Assembly (NCBI GenBank): GCA_964016885.1
Contig: OZ024746.1
Span: forward strand, 72,354,001-72,418,000
Direction of reading: 5' to 3'
DNA: 64,000 nt
DNA from: Eledone cirrhosa
Lineage: Eukaryota
Shown here one piece after another: positions 39,206 through 57,064 of the stretch. The notes beneath the pieces were generated by a model. The model was not told the origin of the DNA, did no database searches, and worked only from the letters and a program-made list of their open reading frames with translations. Position numbers and translations under genes: made by a program. Within the stretch, counting starts at the first letter, position 1, and the number at the start of each line of letters is the position of its first letter.

Positions 39206-40343
39206 CGAAACCCCAAGGGGGGAAAAGAGGGAAAAAGGGAAAAAAGGAGGGGAAAGGGAGGAAAAAGGGAGGAAAAAGGGAGGGGAAAAGGGATGGAAAA
39301 GGGAGGAAAGGGGAGGAAAGGGGATGAAAAGGGAGGGAAAAGGGAGGAAATGGGGGAAGGGGGAGAAGGGGGAGAGGGGGAAGGGGGGAAGGGGGTAGGA
39401 GGAGGAGGAGGAGGAGGAGGAGGAGGAGGAGGAGGAGGAGGAGGAGGAAAGGGAGAAGGAGAAGGAGAAGGAGAAGAAGAAGAAGAAGAAGAAGGAGGAG
39501 GAGGAGGAGAAGGAGAAGGAGGAGGAGGAGGAGGAGGAGGAGGAGGAGGAGGAGGAGGAGGAGAAGAAGAAGAAGAAGAAGAAGAAGAAGAAGAAGAAGA
39601 AGAAGAAGAAGAAGAAGGTGGTGTGAGCTGGAGTCCTAACAAATATGTAGGTTGTGTCTTAAATTGAAGGTTTAGTAGAAACAATTCATGTAAAGTTTTG
39701 TACTTTTCTTTTTGTCATTCATATATAAACAAATCTACTATATAAATTGGAAGTGGTCGGACGTTGAATATGTAGGTGTAGTCGGATAAACGTCGAACGG
39801 CTTGGTGGAATGCAGCGAAAATTTACACAGTTATGCCGAGGAGGCGTTGGGTCGACTTTCAAGCTACAAGGTTCCATGGTTACGGAGAAAATCGATGAAA
39901 CAGGAATTTCCCATTGAAATTGAACTGAGAGTAATCTGTGAACGTAGAAGTAAATATTTCGAGAAACGTTGCAACCGAATGAAAACAGGAAGACGATATT
40001 TTGGTTCGTGAAGACGTTACCTGGCAATGAACGGGAAAAAAAGCGAGGATAATACGTCGTTATGTGGAGCGTGAAGAGCAATTTCATACAAAGACAAGAC
40101 CAAGTTTATGGTATAAATATAGACTAATATTCTATTTAAAATAACAGAATGATTTCCAGCCCCAGAGTTTAAGAATGATGTAAATAAAATTGAAAACGAA
40201 AATGACAGAAGTTATTAAAATAGTAAAAGTAAATAGTGAAGATTTAGGTCAGTACATACGTATGCTCCGACGTACATGCACATACATACGCACACACAAA
40301 TACATACCCCCCTCCCACCCACCCACACACACACAAACACACA

Positions 40344-40423
<80 letters not shown>

Positions 40424-40439
40424 AGCGCGCGCGTGTATA

Positions 40440-40863
40440 AACCTTATGCATTTCTACAGTATTTTCACCAAACTTAAGACATAGGTTACTTATGTACTCC
40501 GTATGGTCAGGGGCACTGTCATTTTTCCAGATATTGATTATAGGGCCTCCCGGCAGATAACCCCCTTTAACCACTTCCTTGGAGTCGACTGAAGCACTGC
40601 AGTGCAATGCAACAAAACGTCATAACTTCTGGAGTTCGCAACCGATTTTCACAAAACTTGACATGGGCTATGTCCTACAGATGAATGTGAACTCTCAGAA
40701 TTGGCACATATTGGGTAGGGGACCCCTGGGGGCAAGAACCCCCTTTTGGAAAAAGGCGATGATTTTGTAAAAGTATAGTTTTCGAAGCAGCACTGACGTA
40801 TTGACATAAATGGTATACACAACTGCTATTTAATATCCGAGCAACGCCGGGTACCTCTGCTAG
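40440..40863 (+). mobile_element. Non-autonomous Helitron-like element, 3' part
   Basis: Ends with the hairpin CCGAGCAACGCCGGG and CTAG|T; same terminus as at 5335. Confidence 0.6.
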
Positions 40864-40869
40864 TTATAC

Positions 40870-40901
<32 letters not shown>

Positions 40902-41787
40902 ATGTGTGTGTGTGCGTGTGTGTGCGTGTGCGTGTGCGTTGCGTGTGCGTGTGCGTTGCGTGTGCGTGTGCGTGTGTGTGTGTGTATTGCTTATGTGAAA
41001 TTAAAAAAATTAGCCAATCAAAAATGACCAGGGATTGTCAGTTGATTTTTAATCTATATGTACAGAACAATATCATGTATTTGTGCGACAAGGGTTGTTG
41101 TTTTATTCTATTATTTTTTTACTGGTTTCAGTCATTAAACTGCGACTGTATCGGAGCAGTGCTATCCAAGGCTTACGCGATCATATCGATATCAGTACTT
41201 ATTATTTAAATTTATTCTGGTACTTCTTTTATTTATCTTTATTTGTCGAGCCACTGCTAACAGGACATAAATAAGTGACACCGGTTGTTAAGAAGTATAA
41301 ACGATGATTTTATTTACATAAGTCTCGACAAAATTGATTAAGTCCTTCCCTATACGGAAGGCGACGAATTAGCAGTCGTTAGAACGGTAGATAGAATGCC
41401 TTGCGGTATTCGTTTCAGCTCTCTGCTATCTGAGTTCAAACCCTGCCGAGGTCTACTTTGCCTTTCATTTATTCAAGGTCGATAAAAAAAGTACCAGTCT
41501 AGTATTTTTTATTGATATATATATATATATATATGTGTGTGTATGTGTGTGTGTGTGTGTATGTGTGAGTGTGCGCGCGTGCTTTTACATTTGAATTTAC
41601 CAGTGTAAATTCATTAGTTAAGTCGCATCTCTTCCCGTTACATTAAAAATACCAAATTTGCAACTAAAGAGAGGTAAATAAAATAACTACCAGATAGCAA
41701 AATAGTGATATGCTCGATATGATCAACTAAAAAGAGACCCTTGAAAGCTGTGTCCCAGCATAGTGACATTTTAATGGCTGACATCAA

Positions 41788-41972
41788 TAATTGTCTCTAC
41801 TTTAGACACAAGGCCAGCAATCACGCAGTGCATTATTGGTACTTTATTTTATCGACCCTGTAAGGATGAAAGGCAAAGTCAACCTCGGCGAGATTTGAAC
41901 TCAGATCGTAAAGGGACGTAACTATGCTGGAAAGCATGGCGTCCGACCCTCTACTGATACTGCCAATCCACC
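41788..41972 (-). mobile_element. tRNA-derived SINE
   Basis: Near-consensus reverse-complement copy. Confidence 0.9.
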
Positions 41973-42295
41973 TATATAAGACATTTTCAGGTACGAATTT
42001 TGACGGACAGATTTGACAGAATCCATATGGTGGCACCAGTAGTACGACCGCCCGTTAAGTGATGTAGTTCGGCAGTACTTCGAGGCTCATATTGTTGTTG
42101 TTGGTTTTGTTGTTGTTTAGCCCCGAGTTAGTAGGTGTCGAATAGTGAGCAATAGGATTGAACTTAGAACCATGCCTGCGCTCAGTTTACTGCGTTGAAT
42201 CATGCATTCTTAATATGATCATCTATCAAATACTTAATCCTTGCTTTTAACACATTCTTATCATATACTGTATACAGCGTGTTGTTTCTGAGGAG

Positions 42296-42481
42296 AACAA
42301 CAACAATAACAACAAGAAGAACAACAACAGCAGCAACAACAACAATAACAGCAACAGTAACAACAGTAATAACAACAACGGAATAATGATATTAAAGAAT
42401 TGCAGTGATTTGAAGAAGAAGAAGAAGAAGAAGAAGAAGAAGAAGAAGAAGAAGAAGAAGAAGAAGAAGAAGAAGAAGAAG

Positions 42482-42572
<91 letters not shown>

Positions 42573-42603
42573 GCAACAGCAACAACAGCAACAGCAACAA
42601 CAA

Positions 42604-42640
<37 letters not shown>

Positions 42641-42675
42641 GACGACGACGACGACGACGTCGACAACAACAACAA
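42296..42675. repeat. Compound (CAA)/(GAA)/(CAG)/(GAC) tract
   Basis: Directly visible. Confidence 0.95.
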
Positions 42676-42878
42676 TCACGGACGCTTTCTATTTCAGAAA
42701 TTTTAGCGTTGATTTGCCACCATTCAACAGTTGGCAGTTTCTCAACCCTTGATTAAATAAGAGAACGAGCTGCGGCGGGGAGGGGGAAATACAATAGAAA
42801 GAGGTGGGAAAAAAGGGAAGAGGAGGAATACACAGCACATCTGTCAAAAATAAAAGAATAAGTAAATAAATAAGTAAG

Positions 42879-42909
<31 letters not shown>

Positions 42910-43419
42910 CAATTAATAAAAATGATAGGTTTTCTTGTGAAATCGATAAATCGTGCTGTATCATATCTTGTTTGTTTGTTTGTTTGTGAGGGGTGGGAGT
43001 TCAATTAGTTCGTGTTTGCCAATCTATTAATCGACAGAGAGGTCGTGTGGAAGAGAAGAGTGGAATTTTCTAAAATAAAAAGCAACATAACGGATGTGTT
43101 GGTTAATTTGTGATGATGAATTGTGATTAGTTGTGGTTGGTTTCTGGAAAGGAAACTGAGAGAAGCAGTGAAACGAAGAGTTAGTTTGTAGATTTAGACC
43201 AGCCATCATAGAGTTACGTATTACGTAAGACATTATGTAAAGCTGGATTCTGTTTCTGGTTTCATTTCTGTTTCTGCCATATTGATTGTTGCTCCCTTTG
43301 TTGTTGTTGTTGTTGTTGTTGTTGTTATTTCTATTGGTGTTGCTGCTGTTGTTGTTGTTGACGTTGTTGTTGTCGTTGTCCTTGTTGTTTCTGTTGGTGT
43401 TGTTGTTGACGTTGTTGTT

Positions 43420-43842
<423 letters not shown>

Positions 43843-44494
43843 CAGTGTCTTGAAGTATTGTTGTAGTGAAACCTAAATCTGAGCAAGGAATTTCAAGAAC
43901 GCCATTCAAGGAATTTTAGCAACACCTTCTGTTGTTCCAAGTTTTCTGCTAACAGTCATTCATCAACATTGATTTTTATAAGACTTGATTAATCGCAATC
44001 TTTTGTCATTAATTATTCAACAATTCTTTAATATTCTCTAACAATTGTTAATATTGTTGTTGTCATCATCATCATCATCATCATTATTTTTTAACTATTT
44101 CTATTGTTACTGGTGTTGTTGTTGCTGCTATTACAGTGGTTTCTATTGTTCGCGATGAAGTCTCTGTTGATTTTTTTTCTGTTCATTTTGTCGCCGTCTT
44201 CGCCATTGACATTTTTTATTGTTGTTACTGTTGTTATTTAATTCCCTACAACATGCATGTATGTATGTGTATAATGTGTGTATGTGTGTGTATATATGTG
44301 TACATGTGTGTATGTATGTATATATGTTTGTACATATATCTGTGTGTCTGTATATATATATATATATATGTGTGTGTATATATGTATATGTGTGTACATA
44401 TATATGAGTGCCTGTGTATATATCTATATGTGTGTGTGTATATATATATGTGTATATGTGTGCATGTATATATGTTTGTACATAGATCTGTGTG

Positions 44495-44558
<64 letters not shown>

Positions 44559-44908
44559 CATGTATGTATATATGTGTGTACATATATATGAGTGTCTGTG
44601 TATATATGTATGTGTGTGTGTATATATGTGTACATATATATGTGTGTCTGTGTATATATGTATGTGTGTGTATACATGTGTACATATATATATGTGTGCC
44701 TGTGCACATATGTATATGTGTGTGTGCGTACGTATGTGTGCATGTGTGCATATATATATGTGTGTGTGTGTCACTATAAGCTGAAAAGAATCAATGTAGT
44801 TTGTAGATAAATTAACGGATTTCTTCACTGCCGACTTATACATTCTCTCTATATCTATCTATCTTTCTCTTTCTCTCTTTCTTTCTCTCTCTCAATCTCT
44901 CTCCCTCC

Positions 44909-44940
<32 letters not shown>

Positions 44941-45169
44941 TATATCTATGTGTGTATGTGTGCGTGTGTCAGTCTGTTTGTCTGTCTGTCTGTGTGTGTG
45001 TGTGCGCGTGATTGTGTATACTTATATATTTTTCTCCTTTTCTATCTACCTTCGTCTAGCATTAACACCATAAAAAGTCTGCTATTGGCTTTCTTTTGTT
45101 TACGCTTCTGGGCTCTTCTTTCTCCTCCTCCTCCTCCTTCGGGAAACAACAGAGTGATGTCTTGATATT

Positions 45170-46210
45170 GCTGCATCATCGTTTTAGTTTTTCTGCAAGT
45201 AAGTTCAAGACTAGGCAATGCCGTCATATATATTCGGCAAGACATGATATCCATCCATCTTGTTCCTCGTTTAAAATCTAATCTCCTGCCGGTTGGCATT
45301 TTCCGTAAAATCTGTACAGTGATTCTTTCCGAGAGATTTTAACCACATGTTCTTAGTATCGGTGATGGGATTTCTCGATGATGATAAGTTGCAGCTCTAC
45401 CTGATGCGACTATCTGATCTCCGAGTTACGCACTCTTTCGAGTAACTTTTCTCTAAAGACTTTTCGAAGGAACCCTTTATCGGCCGCTTGTATATGCGAT
45501 CGTATTCTTTCAGTCATTACACTAGATTCATGACCATATGTAAGGGTTAGCACGAACACCGAATTGAAGATAGCGAGTTTGGCTTTTACACCTACCTCTC
45601 TTATTCTGATGACCGAATACTGAAGCTAGAGGATTATTACACCGGCTCCAGTAACTCCAGTCTGAGTTCAAATCCCGCCGAGGTTAACTTTGCCTTTCAT
45701 CCTTACGGGGTCGATAAAATAAAGCACTAGTAATGTACTGGGTAATTGCTGGCCTTGTGCCTAAAGTAGAAACAATTATTACACCGGCTCCAGTAATTCT
45801 TGCATGTAACTCAACCTCTTGCTTTTCAGCTCTCTTGTAAACGGTTCCGAGATACTTGAACTTCAGTGTAATACCTTTCATATACAGAAAGTATTGTGCA
45901 GGCTTCCTTGAAATGACAAATATATCCGTCTTCGTATTACAGCTTTTCAGCTTCTTGTTGCTTTGAACTCCCTATACGAATCCCCTAATATTTGTGTTCG
46001 GATAAACAGTGCTAAAGCAGAAAAGATTTAATTCATGTGTCTGACTCCACCAAGGGTACATACTATCACGTTTTCTTTTCATAATCTTCATGATCAGGAT
46101 TGACATACACAGCCGTGTTAGAAGTGTTAAGAAAACGAGTGGGTGTAGGATCAGTCGGTTCATATTTGCGACATAAATTATTCTTACAAAATGATCATCT
46201 TGCTTCGCTT
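45170..46210 (-). mobile_element. Decayed RTE-like RT fragment
   Basis: Minus strand FKYLGTVY...EVELHARITGAG; interrupted by a SINE. Confidence 0.6.
45661..45780 (+). mobile_element. 5'-truncated SINE with a 22-bp target-site duplication
   Basis: ATTATTACACCGGCTCCAGTAA at 45633-45654 and 45775-45796. Confidence 0.9.
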
Positions 46211-46339
46211 GTATGTGGGTACCTCTGACTGTATATATGTGTCTGCCTTCCTTTTACAGCTTCTCTGTTTTTCTTTCTTATTCACTTTTACTCTCTCTCT
46301 CTCTTTCTTTCTCTCTCTCTCCCTTTTTCTCTCTCCCTT

Positions 46340-46385
<46 letters not shown>

Positions 46386-46511
46386 GCTCTCTCACCATCT
46401 TCCTTCTGCCTTCTCGAAAGTTAATGAACCATAATGAATGCTATTTGTCACATTGTTCCATAACTACAGAGAAAATTAGAAGGGAATACACACACACATG
46501 CACGCACGCGT

Positions 46512-46581
<70 letters not shown>

Positions 46582-47147
46582 ATGCATGTATGTATATATA
46601 TGCATGTATGTATATTAATAGATAAATAATATGAGCAAATAATATATATAGAGAGAGAGGAGTGGATCACAAAGAAGGAAGTAAAAAAGAAAGTGGAGAA
46701 AGAAAGTAAAATAAATGGAGGTATGAATGAAGTTAGAAAGTGGGGAAGAGTGTTGAAGACAGAGATGAAAAGGGGAGATAAAAATGATCTAACAAGCGAA
46801 CGAAGTTAGTTAGTAAGGTAAAAGAACTGTCAAATAAAAAGAAAACATGAATGAAACCAATGTGTTTTGAGAATGCGTGTGAAGCCAAGATTTGATGACA
46901 TTACTGCTGAGGATGATAGTCATCATCGTTGTGATGATGATGATGATGACTTTGACAATGATTGTTGCCGCCATATTTCCATGAGATAATTTGATGTCTT
47001 CCATTTGTGAATGTGTCGACATGTTTCAAGAACAGAGACGCCCCCATAACTATTTTTGCAGAAAACATTTTTATTAAATATAGTGTCGTCTGTTAAGTAC
47101 ATCTCACATTCACCCTCTACTATATATATATATATTCTATACCTTTC

Positions 47148-47256
<109 letters not shown>

Positions 47257-47949
47257 CATACATACGGTTGAAAATGAACGAACAAAACACAGGAGGTAAT
47301 TGTACACAGTTATATATTTATATATATATATATAATCTTATATTATATTATATTACATATATATTATATTATATTATATATATTATATTATATTACATAT
47401 ATATTGCATATATCGTAGCGTGGGAGATAGGATTGTTTATCTTAAGCGAGAAAATATTTCAATGTTTTATTTTGCTTTTTCCAACTTTGCTACTAGGCTG
47501 AAAACCTTGTATGGCAATTACTCGCATTGTTAGCTTTGTAATAATGGTTTTCTGATTTAAGCACAAAGCCAACAATTTTGAGGGAGGGGAAGTCGATTAA
47601 ATCTTCCTCAGTGCGAAAAGGTGAAAGGCAAAGCTAGCCACGACGGGATTTGAACTCACAACGTAAAGGGCCGTAACTTTATGTTACAAAGCATGTTGTC
47701 AGACGCTCTACCGATTCTGCAAAACGACCACCTTTGTTATCTTTGCGATAATGGAATGCAGTGTGCCTCAGTCAGTTTCGACAATGAGTGCTCCAGTTGG
47801 AGGATGGACGGAGAAATATCCTGCTCCTGAAATTACTGTGCAAGTAGTTGAGAATTCTATAGACACGTGTACCTTTAACGTAATTCTCAGGAAGATGTGC
47901 AATAATACAGTGTTATCATAGACCTCTTACGTAGACTATGCCTAGTTTT

Positions 47950-48201
47950 GTCCCTTTTGATACCAAGCCCACCTAATACTGCCACTGTCATTATGAAACA
48001 AAACTACTCATTTTAACGTTTTCCAATTAAATTAAATCTCCCAATATAATTAATTTGACATCAGAACCTTTTGTTAATCTGTGTTTAAAATAACATCTTA
48101 AGGATAAAATAATTAATAAGGTTCGTAAATCTCTCCAAATTCATTCATTCATTTATTAAAATTGTATATTTCCTTGGAAATATAGTTAATGAAAAGGTTA
48201 A
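47950..48201. mobile_element. Possible piggyBac-like MITE remnant
   Basis: Begins CCCTTTTGATACC and ends GAAAAGGTTAA; a similar right end GAAAGGGTTAA occurs at about 34540. Confidence 0.4.
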
Positions 48202-49338
48202 TAGCTACACCCAATTTTTTTTTATATAGACAACCAGCAATGTGTTGAAAATTCTAGAATTATTTCTAGGGAAATCCTGGAGTTGCTGTAATTGACTGCA
48301 CCCTACACCCTAAATTAAAGACCTCGTCCAATGTGAGCTAATCATCATTATTATTTAATTATTTTCAGTAAAGTACTGGAGTCGACATAACCGATTATAC
48401 CTCACCCAACAAATTTCAGGCCTCGTGCCTATGTAAGGTAATCATGATTATTATTATATTTTCTAAAATGTCAAGAGACAATCAAATATGGCGACCATCC
48501 TACGATATTTAACGATATTTAAACCACGTTATTCTGTTTATTGTTCAATTTTATCCGATTTTTAGCTCTCTTTGCTTCTTTCTTTCTTGTTTCTTTTTAC
48601 TGTTGCTGGTTCTGTTGCTATTCTTTTTGTTGCTACTGCTGTTGGTGCTATTAATGATGATGATGATTATGATGATGGGGAAGGAGGGAGGAGAATGATG
48701 GTGATGGTGGTTTTAGTAGTGAGGATGATGATGGTGGTGGAAGGGTTAGAGATGATGATGAGAATGATAGTGGGGAGGAGGAGGAAGAGGGGGAGCAGGA
48801 GAAGTATAATGAGGAGGAAGAGGAGGAAGAGGAGGGTGCCATTGTTGTTGTTATGGTTGTTGACATTGTTTCTGTATGATTTCTTGCTGCATATTATTGT
48901 TATTGTTGTTGGCATTATTGTTGTGGGTTGTTTTGGTATGATTAGATTATTTTACATTGTTGCACTTGCTTCATATTGTTTGTTGTTGTTGTTGTTTAGT
49001 CCTGGTTAAGGCATTCCAGCCGTGACCTTCCAGTCAACTTTCTGGCGGATCCTTCAATGCTATTTCTAACAAATCAAGTGAACGCGTAGAGAAACCATTA
49101 TCTGCATCGACTTACTTCTTGTTGCTGCTGCTGTTGTTGTTGTTGTTGTTATTGTTGTTGATGTTGTTGTGGGTGTAATGTTTTTTTTATCTTTAGGAGG
49201 AAGGTGAGAGGTGGGTAAGCCTACTGAGAACCAAACTGTACGTTTTGTAGTGTTTATATAATACGGCCATTTACATTGTGAGTTCAATTACAGGTGAGAC
49301 TAAGTTGACCTTTCCTCATCCTCTACCTTAGATGTATG

Positions 49339-49395
<57 letters not shown>

Positions 49396-49397
<2 letters not shown>

Positions 49398-50263
49398 TTC
49401 TTTATTAGCCACAGGGGCACAAAAGAAGGGGACAAATACAAAGGGGGAAGTTTACATACAATAAAAACGTGTAAAATATTATCACAAATGCAATTTAAAA
49501 AATTAGTCGATTTTCCCCAATAGGGGGAAACAGTTCATATGGGTAACACATACCCCCGAAAAAATGTGCAACCCTCATCTCCAGGAGTACGAAGAGTTTG
49601 TACCCCTTTCCTCTCTTCCTCTTTTTCCTCAACCTACAGGCTGATATAGAGAGAAGGCCCATTCACTCGGGCAATTCTCGCCACTTTCACCCACCTTTCA
49701 TAAAACTTGCTGGGGTACAGCACCTCTCTCTCCATCCTGATTCTTCTTCTAAAGTGGTATTTGAAAAAAAGAATCAGCTGTTGGTCGGAGAGAAAGGTGT
49801 CTGACCTCAGCCCTTTCAACCTTGTCCACCAAACAACCTCTTTCGCCATAGCTATCACACAAAGGAAAACCGCCTCTCCTTCGTTTTTGAAGGAGGGTGG
49901 CGGTTTGATCATGACAATGGACTCGGTGGTCAACCGGATTGGTCTTACCCGCGACAATAGTCGTTCTACATAGCCCCACAGGTCAGTGACGCCCGGGCAG
50001 TGTATGAATGCGTGCGCGACGGTTTCTTCGTCTCGCACGCACCTCATATAGATAGATAGATAGATAGATTTCTTTATTAGCCACAGGGGCACAAAAGAAG
50101 GGGACAAATACAAAGGGGGAAGTTTACATACAATAAAAACGTGTAAAATGTTATCACAGATGGAATTTAAAAGTTAGTCGATTTTCCCCAATAGAGGGAG
50201 ACAGTTTATATGGGTAACACAGACCCCCGAAAAAAATGTGCAACCCTCATCTCCAGGAGTACG

Positions 50264-50265
<2 letters not shown>
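49396..50265 (-). mobile_element. Two tandem 3' fragments of a Tx1-like LINE with (TCTA)n tails
   Basis: 49396-50045 matches 61840-62480; 50068-50265 repeats the 3' UTR; GATA tracts at all junctions. Confidence 0.9.
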
Positions 50266-50325
<60 letters not shown>

Positions 50326-50379
50326 TTTGACTGAGGGGTAAAATGTAGATATGTACCAAGCAGGTTTCTATTTTTCTCG

Positions 50380-51129
50380 GCTGAGCTTTTCTGCTAGAGA
50401 ACGAGTCGCAGGTGGCGGATAGCGACCGACACAGCCACCAAATATGATGGTTAGTCGCGGTTGAATAAGCAGCCCTAGACCAAACAGTGGTAAGCTACTG
50501 GAGGAAATGGAAGGATGTGGTTCACTGTTAGCTTTCAAGAAAACTCTCGCAACTGAGAATTTAGTTACGATGAAGGGAGTAAAAGCCGCCTCTAAAATAT
50601 GCCAGTCTTCGTGGGTCTGATAAAATTGCCAAATTGATAGCTGGCGCGAATAAGATTACGAAACCTGCAGTATGATCAGACTCAATAAAAACAATCATAC
50701 CGCATCGTCCTTCACGCGTTAAAGCTTTAGATAGAGGAACCTGCTAAAAAAATATATTGTATACTCCACCTAACGCCGTAAAAATGGGCTTGTAAGATGT
50801 CATGGGAAGCGTGAGATGGACGAACAAAGGTTATGTATCCCGAGACCCCAAATGAATCTTGAGTAATGACCATAATCTCGGCTGGTCACACCTGAAGATC
50901 CAGTCGGATCAATTGGAGACAGTTGCATCTGATTGTGCCTTCTGGAAGGCGTGTCTGAGGACTTTACCCCCACGATCCTGGAAGAAGAAGAAGAAGAAGA
51001 AGAAGAAGAAGAAGAAGAAGAAGAAGAAGAAGAAGAAGAAGAAGAAGAAGAAGAAGAAGAAGAAGAAGAAGAAGAAGAAGAAGAAGAAGAAGAAGAAGAA
51101 GAAGAAGAAGAAGAAGAAGAAGAAGAAGA
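50380..51129 (+). mobile_element. Short non-autonomous RTE derivative (5' UTR joined to 3' end, (GAA)n tail)
   Basis: RTE-type leader GCAGGTGGCGGATAG...GAATAAGCAGCCC, then a C-terminal remnant (DQLETVASDCAFWKACL) and a GAA tail. Confidence 0.6.
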
Positions 51130-51213
51130 TTTAAAAAGTGAACATTTGTTTAATCTGATAAGGAAAAATGCATCAGCGGTCGATAGTTGATGAACAAAGT
51201 CAGAACGTAGGAG

Positions 51214-51267
<54 letters not shown>

Positions 51268-51515
51268 AGTGTGTGGGAGAGTTTGTGTCGATGAGTGAGT
51301 GTGCGAGAGAGGGTGAGACCCAAAACGAGAGAAAGCTTGAAACAGAGAGATCAAGTGAGTGAGGAAGGAGATCAAAAGAGAAAGAGTGAGACAGACAAAG
51401 AGAGCGAGATAAATAGATATAGAGAAAGAGTGAGATAGACAAAAATAGAGAGTGTTTGAAACAGATTTTTATAGAGAAAGAATAAGAATAACAGAGAGAG
51501 GGAGCGAACGAGCGA

Positions 51516-51575
<60 letters not shown>

Positions 51576-52022
51576 AGTTAGAGACAGGCAGAGATAAAGA
51601 GATAAATTGCTCTTTCAGACAGAAAGTTGGATAGGAAAGGGGGGGGGAGTTAGTTGTTAAGATAAAAACACGTGAGAATGGAGTGACAGGTTGTTTGTTA
51701 CACGACAAGAAAAAGAGTGGAAGATAAATAGGAGGAGAAAAGAGCGCTGTTTTGTTCATAGCTTCCGAGTTCGGTTAAAGAATTGCTGCAAGTTATTATC
51801 AGGTATTTCATCACCACCACCCATACCACTCCATGTCCCGTTCCCCATCCATCCACTTTCCACCCCCACCGCCTCCTCCTCCTCCTCCTCCACATTCTCT
51901 TGTTGAATCTTCAGCGTTGTTTGTGGAATACAAATAGTGACAAAAGCATGGAGTACAATGGCGGATGTTTTATTTTCTCTCTCTATTTATCTCCCTTTCT
52001 CTCATTCTCACTCTCCCTCTCT

Positions 52023-52095
<73 letters not shown>

Positions 52096-52514
52096 CTTTC
52101 TTTCTTTCTTTCTCCCTCGTTGCCATTTTGATTTATTTGATGTATTTATTAGTAAAGCAAACGAAAGAATCTATGCTTAACGGAAGTCGTTTGCTTAAAG
52201 CGTGTTAGCCGGAAGTGCACTGATATCGTCAGTGATGGATTTATACAGACTAAGAATAGATGGATAGAGGAATGGATGTATGGGTGGATAAGGAATAGAT
52301 GGATGGATGGATGGATGGATGAATGGATGGATGGATAGAAAGATGGATGGATGGATGGAAGGACGAATAGTTCTGTCCCGTTTCACGACAAACACAAACA
52401 CCCACACATACATACACTTTAATCCGGTTTGTCAACATTTGACAATTGCTGATAACGTCTCTTGATGGCGTCACTCCTACATTCTATCTCTCCGTCGTTC
52501 TCTCCCTCCCCTCG

Positions 52515-52613
<99 letters not shown>

Positions 52614-52728
52614 TCTCTCTCTCTTTCTTTCTCTCTCTCTCTCTCTCGCACTCTGTCAATTTACATATATATATATATATATATGATTATGAGACTTACG
52701 CACTGCCTAATGTGTTACCGAGGCAACT

Positions 52729-52845
<117 letters not shown>

Positions 52846-52980
52846 AGGTTATATTTAATTTGTTGGGATTCAACAAGCTTAAAATACAATAGATATTTCA
52901 AGGGCCTTGGTGGTCCTTGAAATATGTATAATAAAATAAATATGGTTTTATAAATATAGTTTCCATTTGTTAATATATTG

Positions 52981-53081
<101 letters not shown>

Positions 53082-53513
53082 GTGTATTAACATTTGAAAT
53101 GTGTGAATCCCAACACAATTAAGCATAATTGGAGGAGGAGAAGGGGAAGGAGGAGGGGAGAGAGAGTAGGAGTTACCGCTGAGTAAACAAACAAGCTAGT
53201 GAGGTTAAGTTAGTAAAACTACTTGTAGGTTGGATGAAAAAGGGGGTAATTCCGAATTTATTACATGTATAATACAGAACTCCAACACTATTAATCAGGG
53301 GCGGTGGAAGCATTTCTGAATGTGGGGGATGGAAATTTGAACAATTTAGTTGTGATTAGTTTAGCTCTTTGCACTCTAAAATGGTCAGAAAATTTCGATA
53401 TGCGATAAATATAACATGTACATAAATTGTAGCAGATATCCAAATAGATGTGTGTTTTGGTAGTTTGGGGAGAAACTATGATTATTGGCGGGGTACCCAA
53501 TTTATTCATCTGC

Positions 53514-55954
<2,441 letters not shown>

Positions 55955-56399
55955 GGCTATTGGTGAGCTTTGTTACTCTAAAGTTTCACCTGCGCACTCA
56001 AAGGATCACCAGTCTTTTCTGGTGAGTACGCAGGTGAGACTCCAGAGTACTTCGGTATTGAGTTTTCATTCTTACGTTCGTCAATAATTCATGTACTCTC
56101 AGGTTTTGAAAATCGTCCCCAGATTTTTTCCACACACGGTTATTTCAACCCCACCTCCACCCACCTATTAAATTTTTCTACTCCGGCGAAATGTTATTGT
56201 GATTCATATTGATACAGCAGCTGGAGGATCTAAAAATAATTTTATTTTACATTAAAAAAAAGATTATATATAACAAAAGAAAAACATTACAAGAAATCCC
56301 ATATTTACGAACGTACACTATACTATTACTGATTTTCAAAGACCACCCCACCACCACCACCACCATTATTGCCACCCCTCCTATTATTTGGGACCAGAG

Positions 56400-57064
56400 A
56401 GTGCCACCAAACTCTCCTCCTCTCTATGTCTATCACACAAAACTCTATTCAATCGCCCTCTCAGTATCTACAAAAAACAAACTCTACCTCTCTATATATA
56501 CCACGACACCGCCTCTCTTATCCCACTCTCTATATCTAAAACTAATACACTCTCTCACTGACTATAAATATCTACACTTATCTCTCCCAATCCCCCTCTC
56601 TATATCAATCACCCCTAAACTCTCACCCTTTCTATATCTACTACACGGCACTCTCCTAATACCCCTCTCTGTATATCTACAACCACCAAATTCTCCCCCT
56701 CTCTATATCTACCACACGGCACTCTCTTCCACGCCACCTCTCTATATCAATTAGCACCAAACTCTCTTCCTCTCTATATCTACTACACAGAACTCTCTTC
56801 CAATTCCCCTCTCTATATCAATTAACACTAAACTCTCTCCCTTTCTATATCTACTACATTGAACTCTCTCCCAACCCCCCTCTATATATCTACCGGACAA
56901 CACTCTCATTTCCTTTCACTCTATCCATCACTACCAAACTCTCTATCTATCAATACATATCTCTTTCATTCCTCTTACTCTATCATTACCACCAAACTCT
57001 CACCCTCTCTCCATCAATCATACGACATACTCTCCCAATACCCCCTCTCTATATCAATTACCAC
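56400..57064. repeat. Degenerate CT-rich minisatellite
   Basis: Recurring ACCACCAAACTCTC..CTCTCTATATC units; resumes at about 62490. Confidence 0.75.

Noticed and set aside
47005-47045. Minus-strand GAAA-CAUG-UC-GACAC resembling a hammerhead end
   Set aside because: The core and stem II cannot be found.
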